This document shows positions 44,359 through 55,400 of a stretch of DNA of 64,000 nucleotides, in pieces. Origin of the DNA: Gemmatimonadaceae bacterium (GTDB lineage: Bacteria; Gemmatimonadota; Gemmatimonadetes; Gemmatimonadales; Gemmatimonadaceae); NCBI GenBank assembly GCA_035249045.1, contig DATFGW010000104.1:2542-66541 (forward strand), given 5' to 3'. The notes beneath the pieces are model-generated. The model was not told the origin of the DNA. It saw only the letters and a program-made list of their open reading frames with translations, and made no database searches. The translations under genes were made by a program, and so were the position numbers. Every line of letters starts with the position of its first letter. Within the stretch, counting starts at the first letter, position 1.

Positions 44359-45363
44359 ATGGCGGACGCCGCCACGACGGAAACGAAGAGTCGGTCGTGG
44401 CGGCCCCTGTTGTGGGGGCTGGCAGCGTTTCTGATTCTCCCTTATCTGCCTCCCCTCGACGCGCTCATACCGGTCCAGCAGACAATGCTGGTCCTCATCG
44501 CGGTCATCGCCAGTTGCGCCATCGTCGACTGGAAGCTCGGCGGACGCGCGGTGATGGTGTTGATCTGGGTCGGTCTCGCGATCTGGATGCTTCTCCAGCC
44601 CGCCGGAGAGCCCGGCACCCAGTACGATCAGATGGCGCGGGGCTGGGTGGTCCTGCTGGCGGCGAGCTTCGGCTTGGTGAGTCTCTGGAACACCAGCTCG
44701 CCCCTTCTTCCCCGCGCGCTCTTCGCTATCGGGCTCGCCGTGGCGGTGGGCTTCAGCCTGGCGTTGTCGTCGCCAAGCGGAATCGCTCGCTTTCAGCACG
44801 CTGCGGGCGAAGAATTCTCGCGGCGGGTCAACGTCACGATCCAGAAGATCGAGGAGGGACGCTCCGAGCCGGCGTGGAAAGAGATCACCGACAAGGCGCC
44901 CTGGTTCGACGCGTTGAACGACGAGAGCGAATCGATGATGCGCGAGATGCCGTCGCGGTCAGCGGCTCTCCTCCCTGCGCTGCTCGCACTCGAATCGCTC
45001 GCGGCGCTGGGACTTGGTTGGGCAGTCTATCAGCGTTTTGCCCCCGAGCGGCTGGGGCCGCCGCTCGGACGACTCATGGAATTTCGCTTCAATGACCAGC
45101 TGGTTTGGGGCCTCGCTGTGGGAGCCACGCTGTCGCTGCTGCCAGCATTCGGCGAAGCCCGAAACGCCGGCTACAACCTGCTCCTGTTTTTTGGCGCGCT
45201 GTACCTGATCAGGGGGACCGGGGTTCTCGTCTGGCTTTCCCGCGGCCGGTATGTCTATCTGGTCATCCTCGGCTTCATTCCATGGCTGCTGGTCGGCGTC
45301 ACGGTCCTGCTCGGGCTGGGTGATACCTGGCTCGACCTGCGTCGCCGCTCGCGGCCGGCCTGA
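44359..45363 (+). CDS. DUF2232/YybS-like membrane protein
   Basis: Multi-TM, FRFNDQLVWG, LGLGDTWLDLRRR; typical position between rpsR and rplI. Confidence 0.75.
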   Translation: MADAATTETKSRSWRPLLWGLAAFLILPYLPPLDALIPVQQTMLVLIAVIASCAIVDWKLGGRAVMVLIWVGLAIWMLLQPAGEPGTQYDQMARGWVVLLAASFGLVSLWNTSSPLLPRALFAIGLAVAVGFSLALSSPSGIARFQHAAGEEFSRRVNVTIQKIEEGRSEPAWKEITDKAPWFDALNDESESMMREMPSRSAALLPALLALESLAALGLGWAVYQRFAPERLGPPLGRLMEFRFNDQLVWGLAVGATLSLLPAFGEARNAGYNLLLFFGALYLIRGTGVLVWLSRGRYVYLVILGFIPWLLVGVTVLLGLGDTWLDLRRRSRPA

Positions 45364-45431
45364 GACTGCGGCAGTTCCACCAATTGTGCTAGCTTTACTC
45401 GTTCTCAACGACCACCGAAGGAATCTCGGCA

Positions 45432-45875
45432 ATGGAAGTCATACTCAGACAGGCAGTTGAAAAGCTCGGGCACCCGGGCGACATCGTGAAAGTCTCGGCC
45501 GGTTACGCGCGCAATTATCTCCTTCCGCGCGGTTTTGCCTACGAGGCGACGGCGGGAAACCGGAAGCGCATCGAGCAGGAACGCCAGCGGCTCGAGCAGG
45601 CCGAGGAGCAGCGCCGCGGCTCTGCCTCGGAGCTCGCCACGAAGCTCGAGCAGGTGTCGTTGACGTTTTCGGCCCGCGTCGGCGACGAAGGCAAGCTCTT
45701 CGGCTCGGTTACTTCTTCGGATATCGCGCACCAGCTCGAGGCGCAGGGCTTCCATGTAGAGAAGCGACAGATCGATCTGCACGAGCCGATTCGCGCGCTC
45801 GGCGTCTATCGCGTCCCGATCCGGCTCCACGCCGACGTCCACCCGGAAATCAAGGTCTGGGTCATCAAGCAATAA
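45432..45875 (+). CDS. rplI: 50S ribosomal protein L9
   Basis: MEVIL...GYARNYLLPRG, GKLFGSVT. Confidence 0.96.
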   Translation: MEVILRQAVEKLGHPGDIVKVSAGYARNYLLPRGFAYEATAGNRKRIEQERQRLEQAEEQRRGSASELATKLEQVSLTFSARVGDEGKLFGSVTSSDIAHQLEAQGFHVEKRQIDLHEPIRALGVYRVPIRLHADVHPEIKVWVIKQ

Positions 45876-45891
45876 CGGCGTAGGGAAAGTG

Positions 45892-45932
45892 AAGACCTGG
45901 CTGTCCTAGAGATGGACGGCCAGGTCTTTTTT
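45892..45932 (+). terminator. Intrinsic terminator after rplI
   Basis: AAGACCTGGCTGTCC-loop-GGACGGCCAGGTCTTTTTT. Confidence 0.85.
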
Positions 45933-45944
45933 GCTTGGCATACT

Positions 45945-45960
45945 TGGCGTGCGAAATGCT
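45945..45960 (+). promoter_or_regulatory. Candidate sigma54 promoter upstream of rsfS
   Basis: TGGCGT-GCGAA-ATGCT (GG-N10-GC). Confidence 0.4.
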
Positions 45961-46048
45961 ACTTGAACCCCTCACGGAACTTTCGCCCGACGGATAAGCT
46001 ACACGTAAATGCGGCATCCACGCCGCGAATGAACCTTCACCGAACCGC

Positions 46049-46429
46049 ATGGCAACATCCCTATCGTCTGTAACCGCCCGCGAGGGCGCGCAGAGAGTTC
46101 AGCGCGCCGCCCAGCTGTGTCTGGACATGAAAGCAAACGACGTCGTGATACTCAATCTGGCCGGCGTCACCGACATGACTGACTACTTCGTCATCGCGAG
46201 CGGAACCTCCGACACCCACGTGAGATCGATCGGCGAGCACGTGATTGCGGAGATGAAGAAGCAGGGCTTGATGGTGCACCACACTGAGGGGTTACAGCAA
46301 GGCCGCTGGGTATTACTCGATTTCTTCGATTTCGTAGTTCACATCTTCCATCCGACGCTTCGCTCGTTCTACCAGATAGAGCGCCTGTGGAGTGACGCGG
46401 AGACAGTGGCGCTGGAACCACAGGAGTAA
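46049..46429 (+). CDS. rsfS: Ribosome silencing factor
   Basis: DYFVIASG, WVLLDF.DFVVHIF, RSFYQIERLW. Confidence 0.93.
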   Translation: MATSLSSVTAREGAQRVQRAAQLCLDMKANDVVILNLAGVTDMTDYFVIASGTSDTHVRSIGEHVIAEMKKQGLMVHHTEGLQQGRWVLLDFFDFVVHIFHPTLRSFYQIERLWSDAETVALEPQE

Positions 46430-46432
46430 GCA

Positions 46433-49400
46433 ATGAAAGCGGTTCGTATTCTGGCCGGAATGGCTATTCTGCTGTGCGGAGCTCGCCTCGACGCACAGCA
46501 GTACTTCGGCATGAACCAGGTGCAGTACAAGCACTTCGACTGGAGAGTGATCGAGACCGAGCACTGGCTCGTTCACTACTATCCCGAGGAGCGCGCTGGA
46601 GCTATGGAAGCAGCCCGCATGGCGGAGCGCTCCTATGCACGGCTCTCGAAGGTGATGGACCACCAGTTCCGCGAGAAGAAGCCGATCATCCTTTACGCTT
46701 CCCGCTCGGAATTCGGGCAGAGCAACGTAAACGGAGATCTCGGCGAAGGCGTCGGCGGAGCCACCGACCCGCTGCGGCAGCGAATGATCCTTCCGCTCAC
46801 GGGCGACCTCGGCAGCTTCGAGCATGTGCTGACCCACGAAATGGTGCACGAGTTCCAGTTCGACATCTTCGCGCGCGGCAAGGCGGGCGCGAACCTCCAG
46901 ACCCTCAGCCAGGTCGATCCGCCGCTCTGGTTCATGGAAGGCATGGCCGAATACCTCTCTATCGGGCCGGAGCACATCCTCACCGACACCTGGGTTCGCG
47001 ATGCGGCGGTGAACGGCACTTTGCCGACCATCGAGCAGATGACCGAGCGTCCCGACAAATACTTCCCGTATCGCTACGGTGAAGCCTTGTGGGAGTACGT
47101 CGGTGAGCGCTGGGGCGACGCCGCCATTGGCGAGATCATGCAGAACGCCACCACCCTCGGCATCGCGCGGGCATTTCAGCGACAGCTCGGTCTTACGCTC
47201 CACGAGCTGAGCGACGACTGGCGCGAGTCGGTCAACGCCAAGTATCTGCCACAGGCAGCGAACCTCGACCGCCCGCAGACCTTTGCCCAGACCCTGCTCA
47301 GCGAGAAGAAAACCGGTGGCCAGATCTTCCTTGCTCCCGCGCTTTCAACCGACGGCAGCCGCATCGCGTTCCTGTCCAATGGCAGTGTGAAGCGCGGCGA
47401 GGTGTTCATCGATCTGTGGCTGGGCGACGCGCGCACAGGCAAGCGCATTAAACGACTCGTCGAGAGCACCACGAATCCGAACTTCGAGGAGCTGCGCCTG
47501 CTCTACTCGCAGAGCTCTTTCTCGAACGACGGGCGAACGCTCGCCTTTACCGCGCAGCGCGAGGGCAAGGACGTTCTCTACCTCATGGATGTCGCCACGG
47601 CCAACGTCAAGAAACGTCTCGACCTGCCGGTCGATGCAGTCTGGAGTCCGACGTGGTCGCCCGACGACAAGCAGATTGCGTTCAGCGGCACTGTCGGCGG
47701 CATCACCGATCTCTACATCGTCAACTCCGACGGCAGCGGACTCCGCCAGCTGACCGACGACAAGTACGGCGACCTCCAACCGGCGTGGTCGCCTGACGGT
47801 CGCCAGATCGCTTTCGCGAGCGATCGCGGTCCCGAGACCAACTTGGCGATCCTGAAATTCGCCAAGTGGCAGATCTCGGTGATGAATCTCGACAACGGAA
47901 GCATCACCGTGCTGCCGGGTCAGGACGGACTGAATCTGAATCCGCAGTGGTCGCCGGATGGGCGCGAGCTCGCGTTTGTCTCCGACCGAACGGGCATTCC
48001 TAACGTTTTTCTGTACGACTTCAGCACTGGCCAACACTATCAGATCACCAACGTCCTTGGCGGAGTCTCGGCCATCACCGAGTACAGCCCGGCGATCAGC
48101 TGGTCGAGGGGATCAGACAGGCTTGCGTTCACGTACTACGAGCGCGGCGACTACACGGTGTGGACCGTCGATAATCCGCGCTCCCTCAAGCGGACGGCGT
48201 ACGTGCCCGGCTCTGCCAATCAGGTCGTCGCAGCTGCACCGGCGGCGAACGCTCCGCAAACGGCGTTCGATTCTACTTTGAGAGCCCAGCCCGGCGAGCC
48301 GACCTCTACCTATCGCGCGCCATCCGGAACGCGACAGTCATCGGTCCTTCCGGCGCAGGAAGTAGCAGTAGCGGATTTGCCGGCGAGTATCGGCACGCTG
48401 ATGTCCGATCCGCTGTTCGGCCTGCCCGACACCGCGCGGTTCAAGGAGCGTCCGTACCACGCAACCTTCCACCCCGACTACATCGCCGATCCGTCGGTCG
48501 GGTACACACCCAGCTACGGTGGAATGTTCGCCGGCGGCACCGCTTTCGTCTTCAGTGATCTGCTCGGCAATCACCAGCTCGCGGTCGCGGGCAACGTTTA
48601 CGGACGGCTAAGCGACGCCAGCGTCTTCGTCGGCTACGCCAATCTGAGCCGTCGCTGGCAGTACACCACCGGCGTCGCACAGGACCCGATCTACGTGCCG
48701 ATCGCAGGTGGTCAGATCGCGGATCCGAACAATCCGAACGTGGTGCGCTTTCAGACGGACTATTTCCGCTACGTGATCAGGAATGTCTTTCTCACGGCAC
48801 AGTACCCATTCAGCCGGTTCACGCGCGTTGAAGCGGGAACACAGTTCAATAGCATCGCCCAAGGTGTAGTCCACGTCTTCCAGGACTGCAGCGTCGCGGG
48901 CTATTGCACCGACGTGCAGTTCAAGAACGACAGTATCAAGATCAAGACGTTGAACTACATCACCCCGACGACAGCGTTCGTCTCGGACAACACGCTGTTT
49001 GGTAACACCGGTCCGATCATGGGACGGCGGATGCGCTTCCAGGCGTCCCAGAACCTCGGCAATGTCAACTTCGCCGACTTCCTGGTTGACTACCGCCGCT
49101 ATGATCCCATTATCTTCAACACGCTCACCTTTGCGACGCGATTCCTGTCGTCGATCTCGCTCGGACGCGATGAAGACTTGTTCCCGAAGTACATCGGAAG
49201 ACCGGACTTCGTCCGTGGTTACGATCGCGCGAACTTCAGCTTCTATGATTGCACATCGATCATCGGCGGCCAGTCACAGTGCAACAACGCCCAGCTCGCG
49301 GGCAGCAGAGTCGCCGTCTTCAACGAGGAGCTGCGCTTCCCGATCATCCGCCGCTTCGACATCGGCAGCTCGTTTGGACTTCCGCCGGTCGACGGCCTCA

Positions 49401-49624
49401 TCTTCTATGACGCGGGTTTGGCCTGGAGCAAAGGACAGACTCCTCACCTCGGTAACGCGCCGGTGGGTAACAACCCGAACCTCGATCGCTACCCCCTCGC
49501 GAGCTGGGGGGCTGGATTGCGCGTGAACCTGTTCAACCTCGCCGTACTTCGCTGGGATTACGCGCGGCCGATGGTCGGCGGACGGAAGCCCAACTGGACC
49601 TTCTCATTGGGAGCGAGCTACTAA
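46433..49624 (+). CDS. Omp85/BamA-family outer-membrane protein fused to an N-terminal HEXXH metallopeptidase-like domain and TolB-like PD40 repeats
   Basis: Signal peptide; HEMVH...WFMEGMAEY; repeated WSPDG; VRGY loop motif; EELRFP; GAGLR...LRWDYA...FSLG C-terminus. Confidence 0.82.
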   Translation: MKAVRILAGMAILLCGARLDAQQYFGMNQVQYKHFDWRVIETEHWLVHYYPEERAGAMEAARMAERSYARLSKVMDHQFREKKPIILYASRSEFGQSNVNGDLGEGVGGATDPLRQRMILPLTGDLGSFEHVLTHEMVHEFQFDIFARGKAGANLQTLSQVDPPLWFMEGMAEYLSIGPEHILTDTWVRDAAVNGTLPTIEQMTERPDKYFPYRYGEALWEYVGERWGDAAIGEIMQNATTLGIARAFQRQLGLTLHELSDDWRESVNAKYLPQAANLDRPQTFAQTLLSEKKTGGQIFLAPALSTDGSRIAFLSNGSVKRGEVFIDLWLGDARTGKRIKRLVESTTNPNFEELRLLYSQSSFSNDGRTLAFTAQREGKDVLYLMDVATANVKKRLDLPVDAVWSPTWSPDDKQIAFSGTVGGITDLYIVNSDGSGLRQLTDDKYGDLQPAWSPDGRQIAFASDRGPETNLAILKFAKWQISVMNLDNGSITVLPGQDGLNLNPQWSPDGRELAFVSDRTGIPNVFLYDFSTGQHYQITNVLGGVSAITEYSPAISWSRGSDRLAFTYYERGDYTVWTVDNPRSLKRTAYVPGSANQVVAAAPAANAPQTAFDSTLRAQPGEPTSTYRAPSGTRQSSVLPAQEVAVADLPASIGTLMSDPLFGLPDTARFKERPYHATFHPDYIADPSVGYTPSYGGMFAGGTAFVFSDLLGNHQLAVAGNVYGRLSDASVFVGYANLSRRWQYTTGVAQDPIYVPIAGGQIADPNNPNVVRFQTDYFRYVIRNVFLTAQYPFSRFTRVEAGTQFNSIAQGVVHVFQDCSVAGYCTDVQFKNDSIKIKTLNYITPTTAFVSDNTLFGNTGPIMGRRMRFQASQNLGNVNFADFLVDYRRYDPIIFNTLTFATRFLSSISLGRDEDLFPKYIGRPDFVRGYDRANFSFYDCTSIIGGQSQCNNAQLAGSRVAVFNEELRFPIIRRFDIGSSFGLPPVDGLIFYDAGLAWSKGQTPHLGNAPVGNNPNLDRYPLASWGAGLRVNLFNLAVLRWDYARPMVGGRKPNWTFSLGASY

Positions 49625-49627
49625 CCG

Positions 49628-51097
49628 TTGCGTCGCCTCCTACTGCTGGCGCTGCTCTGTGCAGCCTGTACGAACAACGACAGGGCAGCGCCTGACAGCA
49701 CGAACTTCCAACCGGCCGAACCAACTGGCCCAGACCCGCTTCTCCTCCGCGTTCCGCGCGGCGGAGGAACGGGTCGCGTTTACGTGTACCCGAAGCTCGA
49801 CTCCGCCGTCTGGACGGTGGACGAAGCTCCGGCGCTAGAGCGAATACTCGCCTTCGATCCCGACGCCGGGACCATAGCCTACGTCGATGCAAAAGGCTTC
49901 CCCGGTCGGCTTGACCTCAGGGAGACCGATGTCGTCAAAGCCTCCCGCGCTAAGCTGACCTCGCTCGCCTCCGCTAACGGCAGCGACATCTACGGCATCA
50001 ATTCCAAAGGCGAAGTCGTCAGGCTGAACCCGAGCGGCGGTGACTGGCACTTCAAGCCGCCGATTGCGGCGCGCTCGGTCTTCACGCAACCGAACGGAGA
50101 GCTGCTCGTCGCCGCGAACAAAGGCACGCAAACCATCCTCTGGAAGGTGAGGCCACCAGACGATGTCGTGCAGGACAGCGCGGTCTTGCCGCTCTCGGGA
50201 CGCGCGGTTCGTACCCAGGTCGGAGATCGCGTTTACTTCACCGTGGACAGCGGACTCATTGGCGTAAAGGCCAAGGATCTCTCGCCCGCGGGCACCGTGG
50301 AGCTCCAGAGCCGCGTGCGCGCGCTCGCGCCCACGCCAAGTGGAGACCGTCTCTACATAGCGACGTTTGGTGATAGCGGACTCTCGGTGGTCGATCGCTA
50401 CAGCGGCAACGTCAGCCACGCCGTTACGCTTCCCGCTCCTCCAATCGACCTGCGCATGGACGGACTCGGTAGATATCTCATCGCGCGCTTCCCCAAAGTC
50501 GATTCCGCATGGGTGATTGCGATCGGCACGAACCGTCTCGTTGGCGCTGTTGGCACGCGTTGGGAAGCGGATCTTCCTGCAATCACCCCTGACGGTGAGC
50601 TCGCTGTGCTCGGCGCGAAGGACGTGACGTTGATTGACCCAGACAATCTCGCCGTCAAATCCACCATTGCCGCCGGCGCGAAAGACTTCTGGTACTTCTT
50701 CGCCTGGAACGGTTTCCGGCCGCGGCCAGCGGGCCTTGACCAGCCGGTGACTTTCCCCACCGACAGCGTGTACACCGATTCCACGGCGAGCTCGACGTCG
50801 CCGGACGCGTCGTCGACACCCGCGACTATCGATAGTACGGCGCCACCGCCAGTCGCTCAGCCTGGCGCCTCAGGCGGCTTCACCGTCTCCTTTGCCGCGC
50901 TACTCACCGAGGACAAGGCGCAACTCCTGGCGAATACCATTCGCGTCGGCGCGACACCGGCCCACGTCGTGGTTACGAACAGCGCCGGCTCGCCAATCTA
51001 CCGAGTCGTGATGGGTCCGTTCCCGACGAAGGAAGAGGCAGAGCGAGTCGGTCGCGCATCTCGACGCGACTACTGGATCTACGAGGGCTCCCCTTGA
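49628..51097 (+). CDS. Lipoprotein with a beta-propeller-like body and C-terminal SPOR domain
   Basis: Lipobox CAAC, APTPSGDRLY, Ser/Thr/Pro linker, YRVVMGPFPTKEEAE. Confidence 0.72.
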   Translation: MRRLLLLALLCAACTNNDRAAPDSTNFQPAEPTGPDPLLLRVPRGGGTGRVYVYPKLDSAVWTVDEAPALERILAFDPDAGTIAYVDAKGFPGRLDLRETDVVKASRAKLTSLASANGSDIYGINSKGEVVRLNPSGGDWHFKPPIAARSVFTQPNGELLVAANKGTQTILWKVRPPDDVVQDSAVLPLSGRAVRTQVGDRVYFTVDSGLIGVKAKDLSPAGTVELQSRVRALAPTPSGDRLYIATFGDSGLSVVDRYSGNVSHAVTLPAPPIDLRMDGLGRYLIARFPKVDSAWVIAIGTNRLVGAVGTRWEADLPAITPDGELAVLGAKDVTLIDPDNLAVKSTIAAGAKDFWYFFAWNGFRPRPAGLDQPVTFPTDSVYTDSTASSTSPDASSTPATIDSTAPPPVAQPGASGGFTVSFAALLTEDKAQLLANTIRVGATPAHVVVTNSAGSPIYRVVMGPFPTKEEAERVGRASRRDYWIYEGSP

Positions 51098-52407
51098 AGT
51101 CGCCCGACTCCGGTGGACGACCCGTAGCATGGGAAGACGCCGGACGGCAGATCGCACCACTGCTGGGCAGCTACTCCGCCATTGTCGTCACATCCTCGGA
51201 TCCCGCTGTCGCCGCGTACGTAGCGCTTGGGATCGCCCGCGCTGAAGCCAATCACCGCCGCGCGGTCGTAGCGGATCTCGTCGGGGATCTTCCGCCGCTT
51301 CGCTCCCTCGTCAAGCAAGAGGATCCGCACGGCATCACCGACAGCTTTTTGTACGGCGTCTCGCTCAACAAGATCGGCTACGAAGTCGAAGGCACGCCGA
51401 ACCTGTACGTGATGCCGAGTGGAACCGATCCGGTGATCGACGAGCAGATCTTCCACAGCGGACGGTGGAAGAAGCTGGCGGCGGGATTTACCCAGGTCGG
51501 GGCACTCCTGATTCTGGTGGCGTCCAGTCATGCGCCTGGGTTGGCAGACCTCATCGAGCAGGTCGATGGTGCCGTGCTCGCGAAGGATCTCGAGATGGCC
51601 GCGGCACCCGGCGCGCTCGTGCTAGCCCGGGTCCCGTCGCCGACGCCGACCCTCAGGATTCAGCTTCAGCGCGCCAGTGCCCGCGCCGCAGTCTGGAGAC
51701 GACAACGGTGGTTCAAACCCGCTCTTGGAGCAGTCGCGGTTTTTCTCCTCGCTGCCATGGGAGTGGCCCTCGTTTTCACCGGCGTAATTCCCCGCACGCG
51801 CTCACCTGCGCCGCGCGCCGCCGTCAAGCCGGTCGCGACAACGACACCCCTACCGCCCCGCCGCGCGCCCGAAACGCTGTACATCGCTCCTCCCGCCAAC
51901 CCCGCAGACTCAGCCGAGGCGTCCGCGTTTGCCGTCGAACTACAGGTCGCAAACACCGCCGAAGGTGCTAACTTGTTCATCAGGAAAAATCGCGCGGCGC
52001 TACCGGCGCCCGCTGTGTCGCCTGTCCCAATTGACCCGGAGCGATCGACATGGTACAAGCTGACAGCCGGTGCGTACCCGGCGCGATATCAGGCCGACTC
52101 ACTCCTTTTTGTCCTGCGTAATGCGCATGTGCTCAGGGATTCTGCCGGCAGCGTTACCCGCGCGCCGCTGGCGCTGCTCGTCGACAGTGTTCCGACTCAG
52201 GGCGGCATCAGCGATGCCGTCCGGGCCGCAGTGCAGAAATACGATGACCGCGGCCTGCTGGTCTACGCGTTGATCCAGGATGACGGGGGCGCGCGGTTGT
52301 ACGCGGGCGCCTTCACCCGGCCCGAGGAATCGGCCGAACTGACCAAGACACTTCGCGGCGCGGGACTGAATCCCGTGCTCGTCTACCGAACCGGGAGAGC
52401 GCCTTAG
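51094..52407 (+). CDS. Bitopic membrane protein: degenerate ParA/BY-kinase-like N-terminal domain, TM helix, SPOR-like C-terminal region
   Basis: RAVVADL...GITD...PNLYVMPSG with no Walker A; central TM helix; WYKLTAGAY and RLYAGAFTRPEES. Confidence 0.6.
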   Translation: MKSPDSGGRPVAWEDAGRQIAPLLGSYSAIVVTSSDPAVAAYVALGIARAEANHRRAVVADLVGDLPPLRSLVKQEDPHGITDSFLYGVSLNKIGYEVEGTPNLYVMPSGTDPVIDEQIFHSGRWKKLAAGFTQVGALLILVASSHAPGLADLIEQVDGAVLAKDLEMAAAPGALVLARVPSPTPTLRIQLQRASARAAVWRRQRWFKPALGAVAVFLLAAMGVALVFTGVIPRTRSPAPRAAVKPVATTTPLPPRRAPETLYIAPPANPADSAEASAFAVELQVANTAEGANLFIRKNRAALPAPAVSPVPIDPERSTWYKLTAGAYPARYQADSLLFVLRNAHVLRDSAGSVTRAPLALLVDSVPTQGGISDAVRAAVQKYDDRGLLVYALIQDDGGARLYAGAFTRPEESAELTKTLRGAGLNPVLVYRTGRAP

Positions 52408-55400
52408 TGCGTTTAACGAAGCTCGAGATTCACGGATTCAAATCCTTCGCCGATCAAACCGAGATGCTCTTCGAGCCCGGCGTCACGGCGATCGTGGGTC
52501 CGAATGGCTGCGGAAAGTCGAACGTGTCGGACGCAGTCAGGTGGGTGCTCGGCGAGCAGCGCGCTCGTGCCTTGCGTGGCGCGAAGATGGAGGAAGTAAT
52601 CTTCCAGGGCTCCTCCGCCCGGCGCGCAGTCAACCTCGCTGAAGTCTCGCTGCACTTCGAGAACGACGATGGCGCGCTCGATATTCCCTTCCGCGAAGTC
52701 GTGATCACCCGGCGTCTGAGCCGGTCCGGCGAGAGCGACTACTTCCTGAATGGCGCCGCGTGTCGTCTGCGCGACATTCACGACATGGTGCGTGGCACCG
52801 GCCTCGGCGCCGATTCTGGCGTCGTAATCGAGGCGAAGATGGTCGATGCGTTGCTCAGCGACCGCCCCGACGACCGCCGTGAGCTGTTCGAGGAAGCTGC
52901 GGGAGTCGGACTTTATCGCGATCGCAAGCGTAGCGCCGAGCGTCGGCTCGAGGAGACGACGGTTGACCTCGCTCGGATCGACGATCTGATCGCCGAAGTT
53001 CAAAGCCAGGTGCGTTCACTCGCGCGCCAGAGGAAGCGCGCCGAGCGACACACCGAGCTCATGTCCCGGCGGTTCACTCTCGAGGTCGCGCACGCATCGC
53101 GCGAGATGGCCGCGTGGCGTGACGAGCTCGCGCGCCTCGAGGAGCGGGTGACAGCACTACGCGTCGAGGTTCCGGCCGGCGAGCAGCGGCTGCGCGAGGC
53201 CGAGGCAGCGCGAGACGCTGCCCTCAATGAGCGTACGACAGCGGAAGCGCGACGCACGGAGCTGGCGCGGCTGGTGTCGGATCAGCGCGAGAGCACCCAG
53301 CAATTGCGTGGCGAGATCGCCGTCGCGGAGGAGAGGCTCCGCAACGCGATGTCCCGCCGGGAGCGCGCCGAAGAAGAGCGCCGTGAGGGCGACGCCGTCG
53401 CCGGACGTGTCAGCACCGAGATGGAGCGCGCCGCCGCCGAGCTCGCGGCGCTCGAGGAGGCGTTGCGTGCTGCCGACGAAGCGCTGGCCGGTCATGCGCG
53501 CCGCGAGGAGGAGGTTCGTTCCAATCTCAGTATCGCCCGTTCCAGCCTGGAGCAGGGCGAGCGCGCCCTCCGCGAGCTGCGCGAGGAGCTCCATCGAGCG
53601 TTGCTTGACCGCCAGAGCGGCGAGCGAGAGCGCGAAGAGCTCACCGGCCGACGTACGACGCTGGAGACCGAGCTCACCCATCTCTTCGACGCGGCTGAGG
53701 CCGCTCGGCGTGACCTTGCCGCGGTCGAAGACGCCGCGTCGATCGCAGCGACACGCCTCGCCGAAACCGGCGCTGCTGCCGACGAGGCGCGCGATGCGCT
53801 GGAAGCCGCTCGCGAGCGCGAGAGTGCCGCGCGCGCAGATCTCCTCCGCGCGGAAGAGCTGCACACCGCGCTAAGCGCCAAGCTCAACGCCCTCGAAGGG
53901 CTCGAGCGCGAGCGTGTCGGTCTCGCTCCGGCGGCAGCGCGCCTCCTCAAGGAGCGCGCGATCTTCGGCGAAGGCGCCGTGCTCGGCCCACTTAGTGATT
54001 TCATCAGCGCCGATGCCGCCGCTGCAGGTCTCGTCGAGCGCTTTCTCGGGCCCACGGTCAACGCAGTTCTGGTTCGCGATCGGAATGTCGCCGACGCCAT
54101 TCGCACCTGGCACGCATCCGCGACACCAGGACCGCTGCTGCTGCTTCCGCTCGATTCCGTCAATGGAGATTCCGCGACATCGACCGGAAATCCCGATCTT
54201 GCCGCGCTCGTCGAATCAGCGTCTCCCGCCGCCGGCTGGGTGAGATCGCTGCTCGGGCGCGTCACTTCGATGGAAAGCGGATCCGCATTCGTCGACGCGC
54301 GCGGCGCAATCTGGCTGCCTGCCGCCGAGTCTGGTCCGGGACCGCTGCGTCGCCGCGCCGAGATCACGGAGTTGAAACAGGCTGTCCTCAACAGCGCGGC
54401 TTCGCGACATACCGCCACCGTGAACGCGGAGACCGAGCGTGCTGCCCTCGCAGCCGCCGAGCGAGCCGCGGTTGTCGCCCAGGAAGCGGCTTCGCAGGCC
54501 GCACGCGCCAATGCTGAAGCCGCGGATCGTTCGGCAACGGTCGCTCGACAACACCAGCGTGCCGCGCGGGAAGCAGCCGAGGCGCGGGCGCTGATCGAAC
54601 GACTCACCGAGCGTGAGACGACGACCGCCGAGCGAATCGAAAAACTCGCTACCGCAGCAGCCGAGATCGAAGCGCGCATTGCTGCGCACGAAACCGCGGT
54701 TGGCGCGGCGCGCGACGTCCTCGCCAGCGCTGAACACAGCCAGGAAGAAGCGCGTGAGCAGCGCACCGCCAGTCAGATCCGCCGCGCGCAGGCGCAAGCG
54801 CAGCTCGAGGTGGCGTCCGATCGCCACCGCCATCTCCGCGATGAGTTCGCATCGGCAACAGGGCGACTCGAGTCGCTGCAGATCGAGCTGACCACTCTTT
54901 CGTCCGCCGACGCGCAGCTCACCGAACAAGTATCGCAGTGGCAGAGCGATCTAGATGCGCGCCAGTCCACCCTCGAGGACACCGAGCAGAAGCTGGCGGA
55001 CGCGGAGCGCGCGGTGCACGACATCGACGAGCGATTCTCCAGCGAAGAGCATCTGTTGAGCGAGCTGCGTCGCAACGTCTCCGTGGCCAGCGAAGAGCTC
55101 CACGCCGCCGAGCTCCGCTACACCGAGCTGTCGGGCAAGCGTGCCGCCATTCGCGAGCGGCTGGAGGCAGAATGGAAGAAGCCCGTCGACGAGCTGCTCG
55201 CTGGAGCCGAAACGCTTGAGCTGGATGATGAGACCCTCCGTAGCGAGGCCGCGCTGGTGCGTGAGCAGCTCGACGCTCTAGGTCCAGTCAATCCGCTGGC
55301 GATCGAGGAGCACGAAGAGGAGACCCGCCGGCTCGGTTTCCTCACCACCCAGCGCGACGACCTCAACTCGGCGAAGGCATCCTTGCAGCAGGCGATCCGC

